A stretch of 64,000 bases of DNA, taken from Caldilineaceae bacterium. GTDB lineage: Bacteria > Chloroflexota > Anaerolineae > Caldilineales > Caldilineaceae. Position 1 is the first letter of the stretch. Each line of letters opens with the position of its first letter. The notes beneath the pieces were generated by a model, which was given only the letters and a program-made list of their open reading frames with translations, did not search any database and had not been told where the DNA came from. The stretch covers positions 2,696,340 to 2,760,339 of the forward strand of contig OY759723.1 in the NCBI GenBank assembly GCA_963662575.1, read 5' to 3'. Positions 37,313 through 46,695 of this stretch are shown piece after piece. The translations under genes were made by a program, and so were the position numbers.

Positions 37313-38203
37313 TTAGCCGGTTTCCATGCCGCGCGGATCCAGTGCGTCGCGTAGCCCATCACCGATGAAGTTAATCGAAAGCACAGAAAGCATAATGGCG
37401 ATACCGGGCGGAACCCACAGCCAGGGCACCCGCTCCAGAATGTTCAACGATTGCGCTGAGCTCATCATGTTTCCCCAACTGGCAGTAGGGGGCGGCACAC
37501 CGAGGCCAAGAAATGAGAGGCCTGCTTCAAGGAGAATGGCACCGGCGACGCCGAAAGTGGCGTGAACCACCAGCGGCGCTACCACACCGGGCAGTACGTG
37601 CCGCAGGATGATCCGGTGGGTGGGCAGACCAAGCGAGCGTGCGGCGGTCACGTAGTCCATCTCCCGCAACGAAAGGATTTGACCGCGCACCAGCCGCGTT
37701 GGCTCCGGCCACCCCATTATTCCGATGGCAAGCATCGAGTTATACATGCTGGGGCCAAGAATCGAGACCAGGAAGATGATTACGATCATGGTTGGGATCG
37801 TCATGACGACATCTACGGCGCGCATGATGATCCAGTCCAGTTTGCTGCCATAGTAGCCGGCGATCGCGCCCAGAAGAATGGCGATCGTTTCATAGATGCC
37901 GACAGCTACCAGCCCCACACTGAGAGAGACCCGGCCGGCGTGGATCAGGCGGGAGAACACGTCGCGGCCCAGAGAATCGGTGCCCAGCCAGTGCGTCGAT
38001 GTGGGCGGTTTGCGGTAGAGGCTCAACTCCTGCTTGGTCGGAGAGTGCGGAGCGACCGCGGGCGCGAAGACGGCGAGCAACACCATGATCAGCAACACAC
38101 CGAGGCCGAGCATCGCCAGACGGTGCCGTGAAAAGCGACGCACCGCGCGCCTGGCAGGTGTATCGACAAACAGCTGTTGCTCCGCCTGCAGATCATTGGC
38201 CAT
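37313..38203 (-). CDS. ABC transporter permease (DppC-like), importer 3
   Basis: LGTDSLGRDVFSRL and C-terminal IGDGLRDALDP. ATG at 38203 was chosen to avoid an 80-nt overlap with the upstream permease. Confidence 0.85.
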   Translation of the reverse strand: MANDLQAEQQLFVDTPARRAVRRFSRHRLAMLGLGVLLIMVLLAVFAPAVAPHSPTKQELSLYRKPPTSTHWLGTDSLGRDVFSRLIHAGRVSLSVGLVAVGIYETIAILLGAIAGYYGSKLDWIIMRAVDVVMTIPTMIVIIFLVSILGPSMYNSMLAIGIMGWPEPTRLVRGQILSLREMDYVTAARSLGLPTHRIILRHVLPGVVAPLVVHATFGVAGAILLEAGLSFLGLGVPPPTASWGNMMSSAQSLNILERVPWLWVPPGIAIMLSVLSINFIGDGLRDALDPRGMETG

Positions 38204-38243
38204 CGGCCCGGCCCTCCAGCGCGGCACAGGTCTGTGCGTAAGT

Positions 38244-39206
38244 TCAATCGTAACGAATTCTCGGATCGGCCACGGCGTACAGAATATCGGCCAGCAGGTT
38301 GCTGGCAAGAACCATCGTGGAGGCAATCAGAATGATCCCCATCAGGATCGGGTACTCCCGGTTCAACGTGGCCTGCCAGCCCAGCATACCAAGCCCCGGC
38401 CACTGGAAGATCGTCTCGATGATGATCGATCCCCCCAGCAGTTGACCCAGGCTCAGCGATGCGACCGTGATCATCGGCAAGAGCGCATTGCGGAGAGCGT
38501 GACGGAAGACCACGACCCGTTCTCGAAGCCCCTTGGCGCGCGCCGTAGTTACGAATTCCAGGTGCATTGTCTCCAACATGCTGGAACGCGTGTAACGCGC
38601 CCAGACACCGGCAAAGTAAGCGGCCAGGATGAACGAAGGCATGATGAGATGGTGAATCCGATCCCAAAGAGAGAAGGGTTCGCCAATCGTTTGCAGACCG
38701 GAAGTGGGGAATATGTCCAGCTTCAGCGAAAAGACGTACATCGCGCCGAGAGCGAGGAAGAATGAAGGAATCGACAGTTGCGCGAAGGCGAGTACGGTGA
38801 CGAGATAGTCGATCCAGGAGTACTGCTTGAGGGCCATTACGATCCCCATGGGAACGCCTGCCAGAAGGGATACGGCGAAAGCCGTCGCCATCAGCAGCAG
38901 CGTCGGACCGATACGCTGCTGCAGGAGTTCCATAACGGTATAACCACCGGTTAGGGGATATCCCAGGTCGCCGCGAACTGCTCTGCTTAGCCAGGTGAGA
39001 TAGCGGCCCAGCCAGGGATCGTTCAGACCAAGACTATCTCGCGCCGCTTCCAGCTCCTCGGCGGTCATCTCCAGCATGGCCCGCTCGCCCAGCAGCATTG
39101 CCAGCGGATCGCCCGGCGCAAGCGCATACAGCGCGAAGACGATCATGGTTATGCCGAAGAAGATCGGAATAGAGACTATTACACGTTGGATAATGTACTT
39201 GGTCAT
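38244..39206 (-). CDS. ABC transporter permease (DppB-like), importer 3
   Basis: MTKYIIQRVIVSIPIFFGITMIVFALYALAPGDP N-terminus; C-terminal DPRIRYD. Confidence 0.9.
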   Translation of the reverse strand: MTKYIIQRVIVSIPIFFGITMIVFALYALAPGDPLAMLLGERAMLEMTAEELEAARDSLGLNDPWLGRYLTWLSRAVRGDLGYPLTGGYTVMELLQQRIGPTLLLMATAFAVSLLAGVPMGIVMALKQYSWIDYLVTVLAFAQLSIPSFFLALGAMYVFSLKLDIFPTSGLQTIGEPFSLWDRIHHLIMPSFILAAYFAGVWARYTRSSMLETMHLEFVTTARAKGLRERVVVFRHALRNALLPMITVASLSLGQLLGGSIIIETIFQWPGLGMLGWQATLNREYPILMGIILIASTMVLASNLLADILYAVADPRIRYD

Positions 39207-39376
39207 CGCTCGTCAGTTCCCAGAGAGCGTATTCGCGCGTTGCGTACTACCACGTCTTGAATCTTTGGAAACGGGCGGCGTGTACGGCCTTTCGCTTCGT
39301 TCAGCGCTATGTAACCAGCGGGCGACGGCGCGAAATAGAGTGGCGGCATGGTCAGGAGGATTTCCCCCTCTGCCTT

Positions 39377-40399
39377 TCAGTCATCCCAGATCTCCCGGAA
39401 CAACCGCAGCCAGTTGCCGCCCAATATCTTTTCAACGTTGGCCGAACTATAGCCCCGATCCAGAAGGGCCACGGCCAGATTCGGCATTTCATCAGGCGAC
39501 TCCAGGCCCAGGGGATAGCGGAGGCCGTCGCGCTGGCTGCGCGACAGGTCAACGAACTTGGCCGGAAATTTCGTGCCCTGCTGCGACCCGATATATCGTC
39601 CAAACGACTCCGGCTGATCCTGCGTAAAGTCGGTGCCGATGCCGACATGGTCGATGCCTACTATGGACACCATGTCATCGATAGCGTCGATGTAATCCGC
39701 TAAGGTGGAATCAAAGCCGGTGCGCAGAAAAGCCGTGATGGCCGTCGCGCCGATCACGCCCCCGCGCTCCGCCGCCAGCTTCAGGGCATCCTCCGTCTTG
39801 TTGCGGGGAACGTCGTAATAGGACTTGCCGTTGGCATGGGTTATCGCTACCGGTCGGTCCGACGCCTCAATCGCCTCCATTGTCGAGCGCACGCCAACGT
39901 GGGAAAGGTCGATGAGAATGCCAAGGCGGTTCATATCCTCGATCGCGTCGACGCCAAAATGGCTCAGTCCGTCATCGCGGCGCTCGTAGCAACCGCTCCC
40001 TAGCAGATTGCGCTCGTGAAAGGTCAACTGGATGATCCGCACGCCCAGGGCATGGAACAGGTCCAGCCGGTCAAGATCGTTCTCGATCGGCGTGGCGTTC
40101 TGAAAGCCGAGGATTACGCCGACCTTGTTATCCCGCTTGGCTTGCAGGATATCCTCCACGCTCTTGATTTGAAGGAGGGTCTCTTCGTATGTCCTGAAGC
40201 GCTGCAGCCAGGCGGCAATGTGGTCCAACGTCTGGGTGTAGTTTTCCAATGTGGCGACCGTCGCGTTGAAAGCCGTAACGCCCCCGGCGTGCAGGCTCTC
40301 AAACACCGCCGGGCTGTCCCAATTGCTGACATTCAGACCGTCGATGATGACAGCCTCCTGGTAGAGCTTGCGTGCAGTCTCTTCGTGCGATGCAGTCAT
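39377..40399 (-). CDS. Membrane (renal-type) dipeptidase, peptidase family M19
   Basis: VIDGLNVSNWD, LTFHERNLLGSG, HVGIGTDF. ATG at 40399 follows GGAG; the ORF-track start at 40411 is a GTG. Confidence 0.85.
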   Translation of the reverse strand: MTASHEETARKLYQEAVIIDGLNVSNWDSPAVFESLHAGGVTAFNATVATLENYTQTLDHIAAWLQRFRTYEETLLQIKSVEDILQAKRDNKVGVILGFQNATPIENDLDRLDLFHALGVRIIQLTFHERNLLGSGCYERRDDGLSHFGVDAIEDMNRLGILIDLSHVGVRSTMEAIEASDRPVAITHANGKSYYDVPRNKTEDALKLAAERGGVIGATAITAFLRTGFDSTLADYIDAIDDMVSIVGIDHVGIGTDFTQDQPESFGRYIGSQQGTKFPAKFVDLSRSQRDGLRYPLGLESPDEMPNLAVALLDRGYSSANVEKILGGNWLRLFREIWDD

Positions 40400-40482
40400 C
40401 TTTTTCTCCACGGTGGATGCCGTCTTACTGCCTTGGGATCGGCTGTTCTGCGCTCAGCTTGGGAGCGGCGACGCGTTTCTGG

Positions 40483-41610
40483 TCATGCACCGCCCACCTT
40501 GTCGAACCGGTCCAGCCGGAACCGCTCCACCGGATAGTCGGTGGAGCCGTCCGCGGCTAAGTCAGCCAGGATCTTCCCAATGAGGGTCGAAAACTTGAAC
40601 CCGTGCCCGGAGAATCCCGCGCCCACGAGTACATTTGGATTGCGGGGATGGGAGCCAATGAGAAAGTCCCGGTCCGGTGTCAACGTATACATGCAGGTCG
40701 ATCCTTCGACGTAGGAGAAGCCGCTTCCTGGCATAATGGATTCAAGCCATTGCTGCAGTTCATCGCGCTTAGCAAGGTCTAGAGTTCGATCGACTTCAGA
40801 GGGAGAGAATTCAGCGCCAAGTCCATCATCCGCGACCTTAAGCCCCGGGCCGTAGTCGGGAAAGCCGTAGAACTTGGTGTCGCTGTCGCCATAGACGGGC
40901 AGGGGGCCGGGCTGGTAAGGGGCTCGGTTTTTTGGTCGAAAGTAGAACTTCTGCTGGCGCGTAACGCGCAGCGGAAGCGCAAGCTCCGCCAGGATCTCGG
41001 AGGCCCAAGGGCCCGGCGAGATGATAAGCCGTTCGCAGCGGTACTGGCCGGCGGATGTCTCTAGCACCGGCGACTCCCCGCTAAGGTCAATACGATCGAC
41101 GCGAACCTGGTCGTGGATGGTTGCCCCAAAACGCTGCGCCTGTTTCAGATTCGCCAGGACACAGCGGCCCGCATCCAGAAAACCAGCCCCGGGCGTAAGG
41201 CAGGCGACGGAATCCTCAGGCAGTCGCAGTGCGGGGAACCTGGCCGAGACTTCCTGCGCCGTCAGCCTCTCATAGGGCCTTTTCAGCGCCTCCATTACGT
41301 CCATTCTCTGTTCGACATTGTCGTTGCCGGGGCGCGCGAAGTATAGCAGTCCAGTAAGGTGGAGAAGCTTCTGGTCAGAGAGGGACTCCAACTCCTGCCA
41401 AAGAGGGAGGGCCTCTTCAGCGAGCTCTACGTAGAGCGGATCATCGTAAAAGTTGCGATAGATCCTCGAGAAGCCATGGGAGCTACCCAGGTCATGGCCG
41501 ATCTGAAACTGTTCGATCCCGACCGCAGCCACCCCGCTGCGAGCAAGGTGATATAGGGCTGCGCTTCCCATGGCGCCTAATCCAACGACCAGAATGTCTG
41601 CGTTGCGCAT
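40483..41610 (-). CDS. FAD-dependent N-methyl amino acid oxidase of the monomeric sarcosine oxidase / N-methyltryptophan oxidase family
   Basis: DILVVGLGAMGSAALYHLARSG, GSSHGFSRIYR, conserved Cys in STCMYTLTPD, and GFSGHGFKF. Confidence 0.8.
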   Translation of the reverse strand: MRNADILVVGLGAMGSAALYHLARSGVAAVGIEQFQIGHDLGSSHGFSRIYRNFYDDPLYVELAEEALPLWQELESLSDQKLLHLTGLLYFARPGNDNVEQRMDVMEALKRPYERLTAQEVSARFPALRLPEDSVACLTPGAGFLDAGRCVLANLKQAQRFGATIHDQVRVDRIDLSGESPVLETSAGQYRCERLIISPGPWASEILAELALPLRVTRQQKFYFRPKNRAPYQPGPLPVYGDSDTKFYGFPDYGPGLKVADDGLGAEFSPSEVDRTLDLAKRDELQQWLESIMPGSGFSYVEGSTCMYTLTPDRDFLIGSHPRNPNVLVGAGFSGHGFKFSTLIGKILADLAADGSTDYPVERFRLDRFDKVGGA

Positions 41611-41692
41611 GATTATTTGAGCCGATTTGCGTTGAGGAAAGGATGTGAACTGAGCGGCCTGGAACAGGAATTCCTACCTGAAGTCTGGCCTG

Positions 41693-41721
41693 ATTATATG
41701 CGAAAGGAAGCAGACGATCAA
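41693..41721 (-). promoter_or_regulatory. Sigma70-like promoter (TTGATC-N17-TATAAT) about 75 nt upstream of the MSOX-like gene
   Basis: A perfect -10 hexamer read directly in the 330-nt spacer. Confidence 0.45.
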
Positions 41722-41940
41722 GTTGCCAGAAAATGTTGAATCATTGTCGTCAGTTGACGTCGCTTGGTTAGGTCTCCTCGCCAGCGTTCCGATTGGCAAG
41801 CTCGGCCATGTCGCAGGCGTCCAGCCGCGGCAGACTGGTGCGACCGCCTGTTGCGAACGCGGCAACGCCTACGCTGTCATTGTGTGTAGGAAAGATGCGG
41901 CTGGTGCGGGAGCGAGATTCTCGTTGCTCTTCGATTTCTT

Positions 41941-42885
41941 CTATTTGTCGATGCCCAACATCCGGCGCGTCTCTTCAATGGTGGCGACGCCCCGACCGAG
42001 GTCGTTGGCCATGCGGGCGATGCGCTCCACCATTTGGGCATTGCTCTGCGCCAGCTCGCCGCGTTGGTAGTGGATACAGTCCTCCAACCCGGTGCGTACA
42101 TGGCCGCCCAACAGCATCGCCATCACATTCACCTGAAGCTCCTCGAGGCCGAGCGCGCATGTCTGGAAGAGGGAATCCTCGGGCAGGTTGCGAACCATGT
42201 AGAGGAAACTGTCCATGCTCGTGTTGATACCGCTCTGCTGCCCGAAGACCAGCTGCAAAAAGTAGGGCTTGTCGAGCGCGTCGCGTTGGATGAGATAGTC
42301 CAGAATGTCGAGATGGCCGGGATGGTAGAGGAAGACCTGCGGCTTGATGCCGCGCTCCCGCAGACGGTGTGCGGTGCGCTCGGAGTCGTCGAAGGTGGCA
42401 ACGGTGACTTTGCTGGGCCCGCTGTCGCCGCCGGTGTAGGCGGCGCCGCCGCGAAAGGTCATAGGCCCGGGGTTGAAGGCCATGATATCGGGGCCGGCGT
42501 CGATGGGCGCGGACTTGTAATGGTGGGCAGTGCCAACGAAATCGCTGCCCGCGGTCGCCAGGTCTGCGAATCCTTGCGAGTTGTCGACCAGGATCTGCGG
42601 CGCTTTGGCGCGCATCAGGTCGTTGATTTCGCGATAGCGGTCCGCTTCGTGGGATGACTGGGTCGGGTCGTCGGCCTGGCGGGCGTGGATGTGGATGATG
42701 GTGGCGCCGGCGGCGAAGACCTCGGCAGCAGCATCGGCCTGCTCGGCGGCGGTTACCGGCATCGCCGGATTCTCGCTCTTCTGATGCCCACCGGTAACAA
42801 CCGCGCTGATGATCACCGGCGGCATGCCTGCGCTGATCCGTTTGACATACTCGCGTTGGTTCGTGTAATCCCAGGTGATGTCCAT
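41941..42885 (-). CDS. Beta-keto acid cleavage enzyme (BKACE / DUF849, 3-keto-5-aminohexanoate cleavage enzyme family)
   Basis: PVIISAVVTGG, IIHIHAR, TIM-barrel length of 314 aa, GAGGAG RBS. Confidence 0.8.
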   Translation of the reverse strand: MDITWDYTNQREYVKRISAGMPPVIISAVVTGGHQKSENPAMPVTAAEQADAAAEVFAAGATIIHIHARQADDPTQSSHEADRYREINDLMRAKAPQILVDNSQGFADLATAGSDFVGTAHHYKSAPIDAGPDIMAFNPGPMTFRGGAAYTGGDSGPSKVTVATFDDSERTAHRLRERGIKPQVFLYHPGHLDILDYLIQRDALDKPYFLQLVFGQQSGINTSMDSFLYMVRNLPEDSLFQTCALGLEELQVNVMAMLLGGHVRTGLEDCIHYQRGELAQSNAQMVERIARMANDLGRGVATIEETRRMLGIDK

Positions 42886-42896
42886 GCAAACGCTCC

Positions 42897-43985
42897 TCAG
42901 TTGGGAACTATTACGCCTTTGATGAAGCCATCCAGTTCTATTTCGCCTGCGGCGGCGAGCACTGCTGTCTCGGCCTGGGCCAGCGGGAAATGGTGTGTGA
43001 CCATCTTCTCGATGGGATAGCGGCGGGATTCGACGATCTTGATGGCAGCCTGCACGGCGGGGGTATCGTGCGTATTCACGCCCTGCACGCGCAGCTCCTT
43101 GATGGGGATCTTGCTGGGAACGATGGCGACCTCCTGCGCGCCGGTATTCGAGCCGACGACGACAACACCCAGGGGCCGCGCCAAGTCAAGAGCGAGAGGA
43201 AACGAGGCTGTAGCGCCGGTCAGGTCCACAACCAGGTCGGCCAATACGCCGTCGGTAAGCTCCAAAACGGCTTCGACCGGATCATCGCGGTCAAGATTGA
43301 TTATATGGGTTGCGCCGTAAAGTTTGGACAGCTCGAAACGGTGTTTGTCGCGGGTCAGGCCGACTACGATAATCTTTGATGCACCGGCCTCGTTGGCTGC
43401 CAAGATGGCGGCCAGGCCCTGTCCGCCCGGGCCAATAACGACTACGTTATCGCCGATGGCGGCCCCGCCTTTAGTACGCACCCAGCGCAGACCGTTGCCG
43501 ATGTTGGCGCAGGTCATGGCAGCGGCTTCGGCAGGCACATCCTCCGAAATACGATGCACGCGCGAATTGGGCGCCAGATACATATACTGGCTATACGCGC
43601 CCCACAGGTGAGGCGGCACGCTGGACGGCGTTGTTCCACCGTAGCCCTGATGCTCTTTGCAGAAACGATATTCGCCGAGCAGGCACCAGCGGCAGTGCCC
43701 GCAGCCGAAGAGGTGCTCGACGATGACGCGATCGCCGACCTGGACGCGCCAGCGGGCGGCGGCCCGGCTGCCGAGTTGCTCGATGTGCCCGACGAGCTCG
43801 TGCCCCATAATGAGCGGAAAACGATGGGGTTCGGTCCAATTGTAAATACGGGGATCGCTGCCGCAGACACCGCATAGTTCGACTCGCAGCAGCCCGTCGT
43901 CTTCGTTGATATTGGGCGGGTCGAAGGCCTGAATCTCCATCTTTCGCGTGGTCACTACGACCGCGGCTTGTATTTTGGTTGACAA
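42897..43985 (-). CDS. Zn-dependent medium-chain alcohol/polyol dehydrogenase (MDR)
   Basis: GVCGSDPRIY, GHELVGHIE, structural-Zn Cys cluster CGHCRWC. TTG at 43985 with GGAGGG 6 nt upstream is preferred over the GTG at 44015. Confidence 0.85.
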   Translation of the reverse strand: MSTKIQAAVVVTTRKMEIQAFDPPNINEDDGLLRVELCGVCGSDPRIYNWTEPHRFPLIMGHELVGHIEQLGSRAAARWRVQVGDRVIVEHLFGCGHCRWCLLGEYRFCKEHQGYGGTTPSSVPPHLWGAYSQYMYLAPNSRVHRISEDVPAEAAAMTCANIGNGLRWVRTKGGAAIGDNVVVIGPGGQGLAAILAANEAGASKIIVVGLTRDKHRFELSKLYGATHIINLDRDDPVEAVLELTDGVLADLVVDLTGATASFPLALDLARPLGVVVVGSNTGAQEVAIVPSKIPIKELRVQGVNTHDTPAVQAAIKIVESRRYPIEKMVTHHFPLAQAETAVLAAAGEIELDGFIKGVIVPN

Positions 43986-44059
43986 GTCAGACCCTCCATT
44001 GCCGGGAGAGAGCACCCCAGTTGGATACGCGATGCGCTACAAAATGGATGGATTTACAG

Positions 44060-45154
44060 TTAGGTCAGGTCAAAGATGACCTTCATCATCCCTGCCGCGC
44101 CTTCGTCGATCAGTCTGTAGGCCTGGGGCGCTTCCTCCAGGGCGAAGCGATGCGTGATCAGACCGCTGACATCGAGTTTGCCGGTGTGCAACAGCTTGAT
44201 GATCACATTGTGAACGCGGATGATGTCCCAGCTGCGATGGTAGAGTCCGCCATCAGGACTTTCAGGGGGCAGTCGATAGCCGCCGCTGCGAGAGTGGAGG
44301 ATCTGGCCGGCGCTGCGGCAGAACTCCTCGCCCAGGTACAGGTCATCGGCCGGGCCGTCGTACATGCCCACGGCAACGACCTTGGGGAAAGGGGTCCCGC
44401 AGTGCATTGCCAGACCGATGCCGCCCGCCTTGCCGGAACACTCGAAGCAGACGTCGGCGCCGGGCCCACCGAGGATGCGCTTCACCTCGCGCCCAACATC
44501 GCCATGGTTGGGGTTGAGGACGTAATCGGCGCCGAGGCGTTTTGCGGTTTCGAGCCGTTCATCGAGTAGATCGATGGCAATGACCGGGTCGGCGCCGGAA
44601 AGTTTGCAGAGCTGCATTGTCAGCAGACCGACTACGCCCTGGCCGACCACTACTGCGCTCTCGCCCAGCCGCACCGGTCCGACGAGGACGGCGTCCAGTG
44701 CGACGGTGCCCAGGCTAATGAAGATGTATTTTTCGAGGTCGTCGTCCGGCGGCAGCGGGTACGGAAAGACGTTTACGCCGACGCCGCGGGTCGTCGCCCC
44801 GACTTTGGCTCGGTCCAGGTCAAAGTTTCTGGTCTCGCGATGGTGCGCCGAACCCATCACGACGTCGCCGACCGCCAGCTCGCCCACCTCCGCCCCGACC
44901 TCCACGACGCGGGCGACATCTTCGTAACCGTAGGTGAAGGGGTGGCTCATGGAACGCCCCTCGGTAACGAAGCCGTCGGTCTCCACGCTGCGGCCATGCC
45001 AGACGGCTTCGCCGCGAAAATGGGAGCGCTCGGTGCCATGGCTGATGCCGGAGTAAAGATTCGCGACCTTCACATCCCTGGGACCAAGCGGCGGGTCGGT
45101 ATATTCGCCTATTTCCACCTGGCGAGGACCGACAAACAGGACTTCTTTCGGCAT
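44060..45154 (-). CDS. Zn-dependent MDR dehydrogenase (threonine/sorbitol-dehydrogenase-like)
   Basis: GISHGTE, VVGQGVVGLL dinucleotide fold; 364 aa; starts 6 nt after the SDR stop. Confidence 0.8.
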   Translation of the reverse strand: MPKEVLFVGPRQVEIGEYTDPPLGPRDVKVANLYSGISHGTERSHFRGEAVWHGRSVETDGFVTEGRSMSHPFTYGYEDVARVVEVGAEVGELAVGDVVMGSAHHRETRNFDLDRAKVGATTRGVGVNVFPYPLPPDDDLEKYIFISLGTVALDAVLVGPVRLGESAVVVGQGVVGLLTMQLCKLSGADPVIAIDLLDERLETAKRLGADYVLNPNHGDVGREVKRILGGPGADVCFECSGKAGGIGLAMHCGTPFPKVVAVGMYDGPADDLYLGEEFCRSAGQILHSRSGGYRLPPESPDGGLYHRSWDIIRVHNVIIKLLHTGKLDVSGLITHRFALEEAPQAYRLIDEGAAGMMKVIFDLT

Positions 45155-45160
45155 AGGCAG

Positions 45161-45964
45161 TTACGGAGCGAATCCGCAGGTGAGGCCGCCATCGACGAGC
45201 AGGTTGACGCCGGTGATATATTTGGCCTCGTCGGATGCCAGGAACAGGGCTGCGTAGGCGACATCCCAGGCATCTCCCATCTTTTTCATTGGGCACAGGT
45301 TGTCCCGCTGTCTGACCATCTCGTCGACGCCCTCATCCGAATAGGCGCTTACGAGGCCTTCCCTGATGAAGGGCGTGTTCATCAGACCCGGCAGGATACA
45401 GTTCGCCCGGATGCCCTTTGGCGCATATTGCATGGCAATATTTTGGGTCAGCTGGTTGATGGCGCCTTTGGAGGCGTTGTAGGAGACACTGGGATAACCG
45501 GTGTAGCGGATGCCGGCGATGGAGGAGATGTTGACGATTGCGCCGGCCGCCTGCCTTTCCATATGGGGGATGCAGAACTTGCAGGTCAGAAACATCCCTT
45601 TCACATTGACATTCATTAGCCGGTCCCAGTTTTCTTCGCTGATTTCGACCGGTCCGCCGACTTCGATAATGCCGACGTTGTTATGAAGGATATCGATCCT
45701 GCCATAGGCTTCGATGCAGGCCGCTGCCATTTCCTCAACAGCCTGAGAATTGGTCACGTCAGCCTCAAAGGCGGTGCACTCCCCGCCTTCCTGCTCGATG
45801 ATGCCCTTTGTCTCGTTGGCGGCCGCGGGGTTGTAATCGACGAGAAAGACCTTTGCGCCTTCGCGGGCATAGAGAACCGCGGCCGCTTTGCCGTTTCCCC
45901 AGCCGGGACCGACCGAGCCGGCCCCGGTGACGAGGGCAACTTTTCCTTTTACACGATCTGTCAT
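45161..45964 (-). CDS. Classical short-chain dehydrogenase/reductase (SDR)
   Basis: KGKVALVTGAGSVGPGWGNG, NISS..., YNASK catalytic motif. ATG at 45964 inside ORF 46006. Confidence 0.88.
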   Translation of the reverse strand: MTDRVKGKVALVTGAGSVGPGWGNGKAAAVLYAREGAKVFLVDYNPAAANETKGIIEQEGGECTAFEADVTNSQAVEEMAAACIEAYGRIDILHNNVGIIEVGGPVEISEENWDRLMNVNVKGMFLTCKFCIPHMERQAAGAIVNISSIAGIRYTGYPSVSYNASKGAINQLTQNIAMQYAPKGIRANCILPGLMNTPFIREGLVSAYSDEGVDEMVRQRDNLCPMKKMGDAWDVAYAALFLASDEAKYITGVNLLVDGGLTCGFAP

Positions 45965-46207
45965 CTGTACCTCACATCTGATTTGCTTGGTTGTCGGTAG
46001 TTGCAATGCCTCAGAGGAAAAGATTCACAGGCAGCCATGTTCCGGTAAGCGGTGACCGTCCACTTTCTGGCCTGGAGGGCAGAGTAGAGAGGGAATGTAA
46101 CCGCGGCACCGTTGCCATGGCTCTTGAAAGCATCATCCTCCTGGGGCGAATTTAGCCGAGTAAGTCGGTCGCTACGGCTACCAGTACAGCTCACGGGATA
46201 TTGCCAG

Positions 46208-46236
46208 AATCTATCACACGTGATCTGTCTGGTCAA
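46208..46236 (-). promoter_or_regulatory. Sigma70-like promoter candidate (TTGACC-N17-TAGATT) with an ATCAC-N2-GTGAT inverted repeat in the spacer, about 235 nt upstream of the SDR gene
   Basis: Read directly. Confidence 0.3.
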
Positions 46237-46445
46237 TCCCATTTTCCTGGAGCCTGCTGCAGAACCGGCACTTTCATGGGCACGGCGCGCCCTGTCGAGG
46301 GGCGCCGCGGTCGTTGTTGCCGTCCAGGTATGTCAACATGCAAGGCCTGCTATAGAGAGGAGATTAACAGTGCAGACTGTGCGTCACAGGAGGCCAGATC
46401 ACGCAGCGCGGAAGGGGATCGCTACTGCACTGCGTAGTTTGACGG

Positions 46446-46695
46446 TAACTACTAAGCCGCAAACATTGGCTGTCTTGATCAGCCCTTCATCGCCGACGCC
46501 ATTCAGACAATCTCATCGTGTATTCGTTGGCAGCCGCCAGCTTGGATGAGCCGCACGGCTGGAATCACGACGAACGGTCGCTGAGCGATGGTTTTGGAGG
46601 GGGGCGTTGCGGGGGCGCAGCCCCTGCACAAGGGAGGGCCGAAGGCCCGACCGCCAAAATGACAGAAATGAGTGTAGAGAAGTGAGGAGTGAGTG
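46446..46695. repeat. Copy A of a ~250-nt dispersed repeat with conserved GC hairpins (candidate structured RNA or MITE-like element)
   Basis: Aligns along its length with 55785-56035. The 75-nt core 46587-46661 differs from copy B by 2 substitutions and 1 indel. The core has hairpins GGGGC-NNN-GCCCC (46611-46624) and GGGCC-GAA-GGCCC (46636-46648), enclosed by TTTTGG/CCAAAA. Confidence 0.85.

Noticed and set aside
41975-42889. 304-aa alternative-frame ORF overlapping the BKACE gene on the same strand
   Set aside because: The translation is extremely Arg/Pro/Gly-rich. The other frame gives the canonical BKACE motifs (VIISAVVTGG, HIHAR) and has a GAGGAG RBS.
45961-46242. 93-aa upstream ORF whose stop overlaps the SDR start codon
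   Set aside because: It has no RBS, a Cys/Arg-rich non-protein-like composition, and it would start inside the candidate promoter. It is more likely a non-coding leader.
46540-46590. Hammerhead-ribozyme-like string GGATGAG-stem-CTGGAATC inside the dispersed repeat
   Set aside because: The core does not match CUGANGA...GAAA: the C3/U4 positions are wrong and there is no GAAA. The small stem is not maintained in the same register in copy B.
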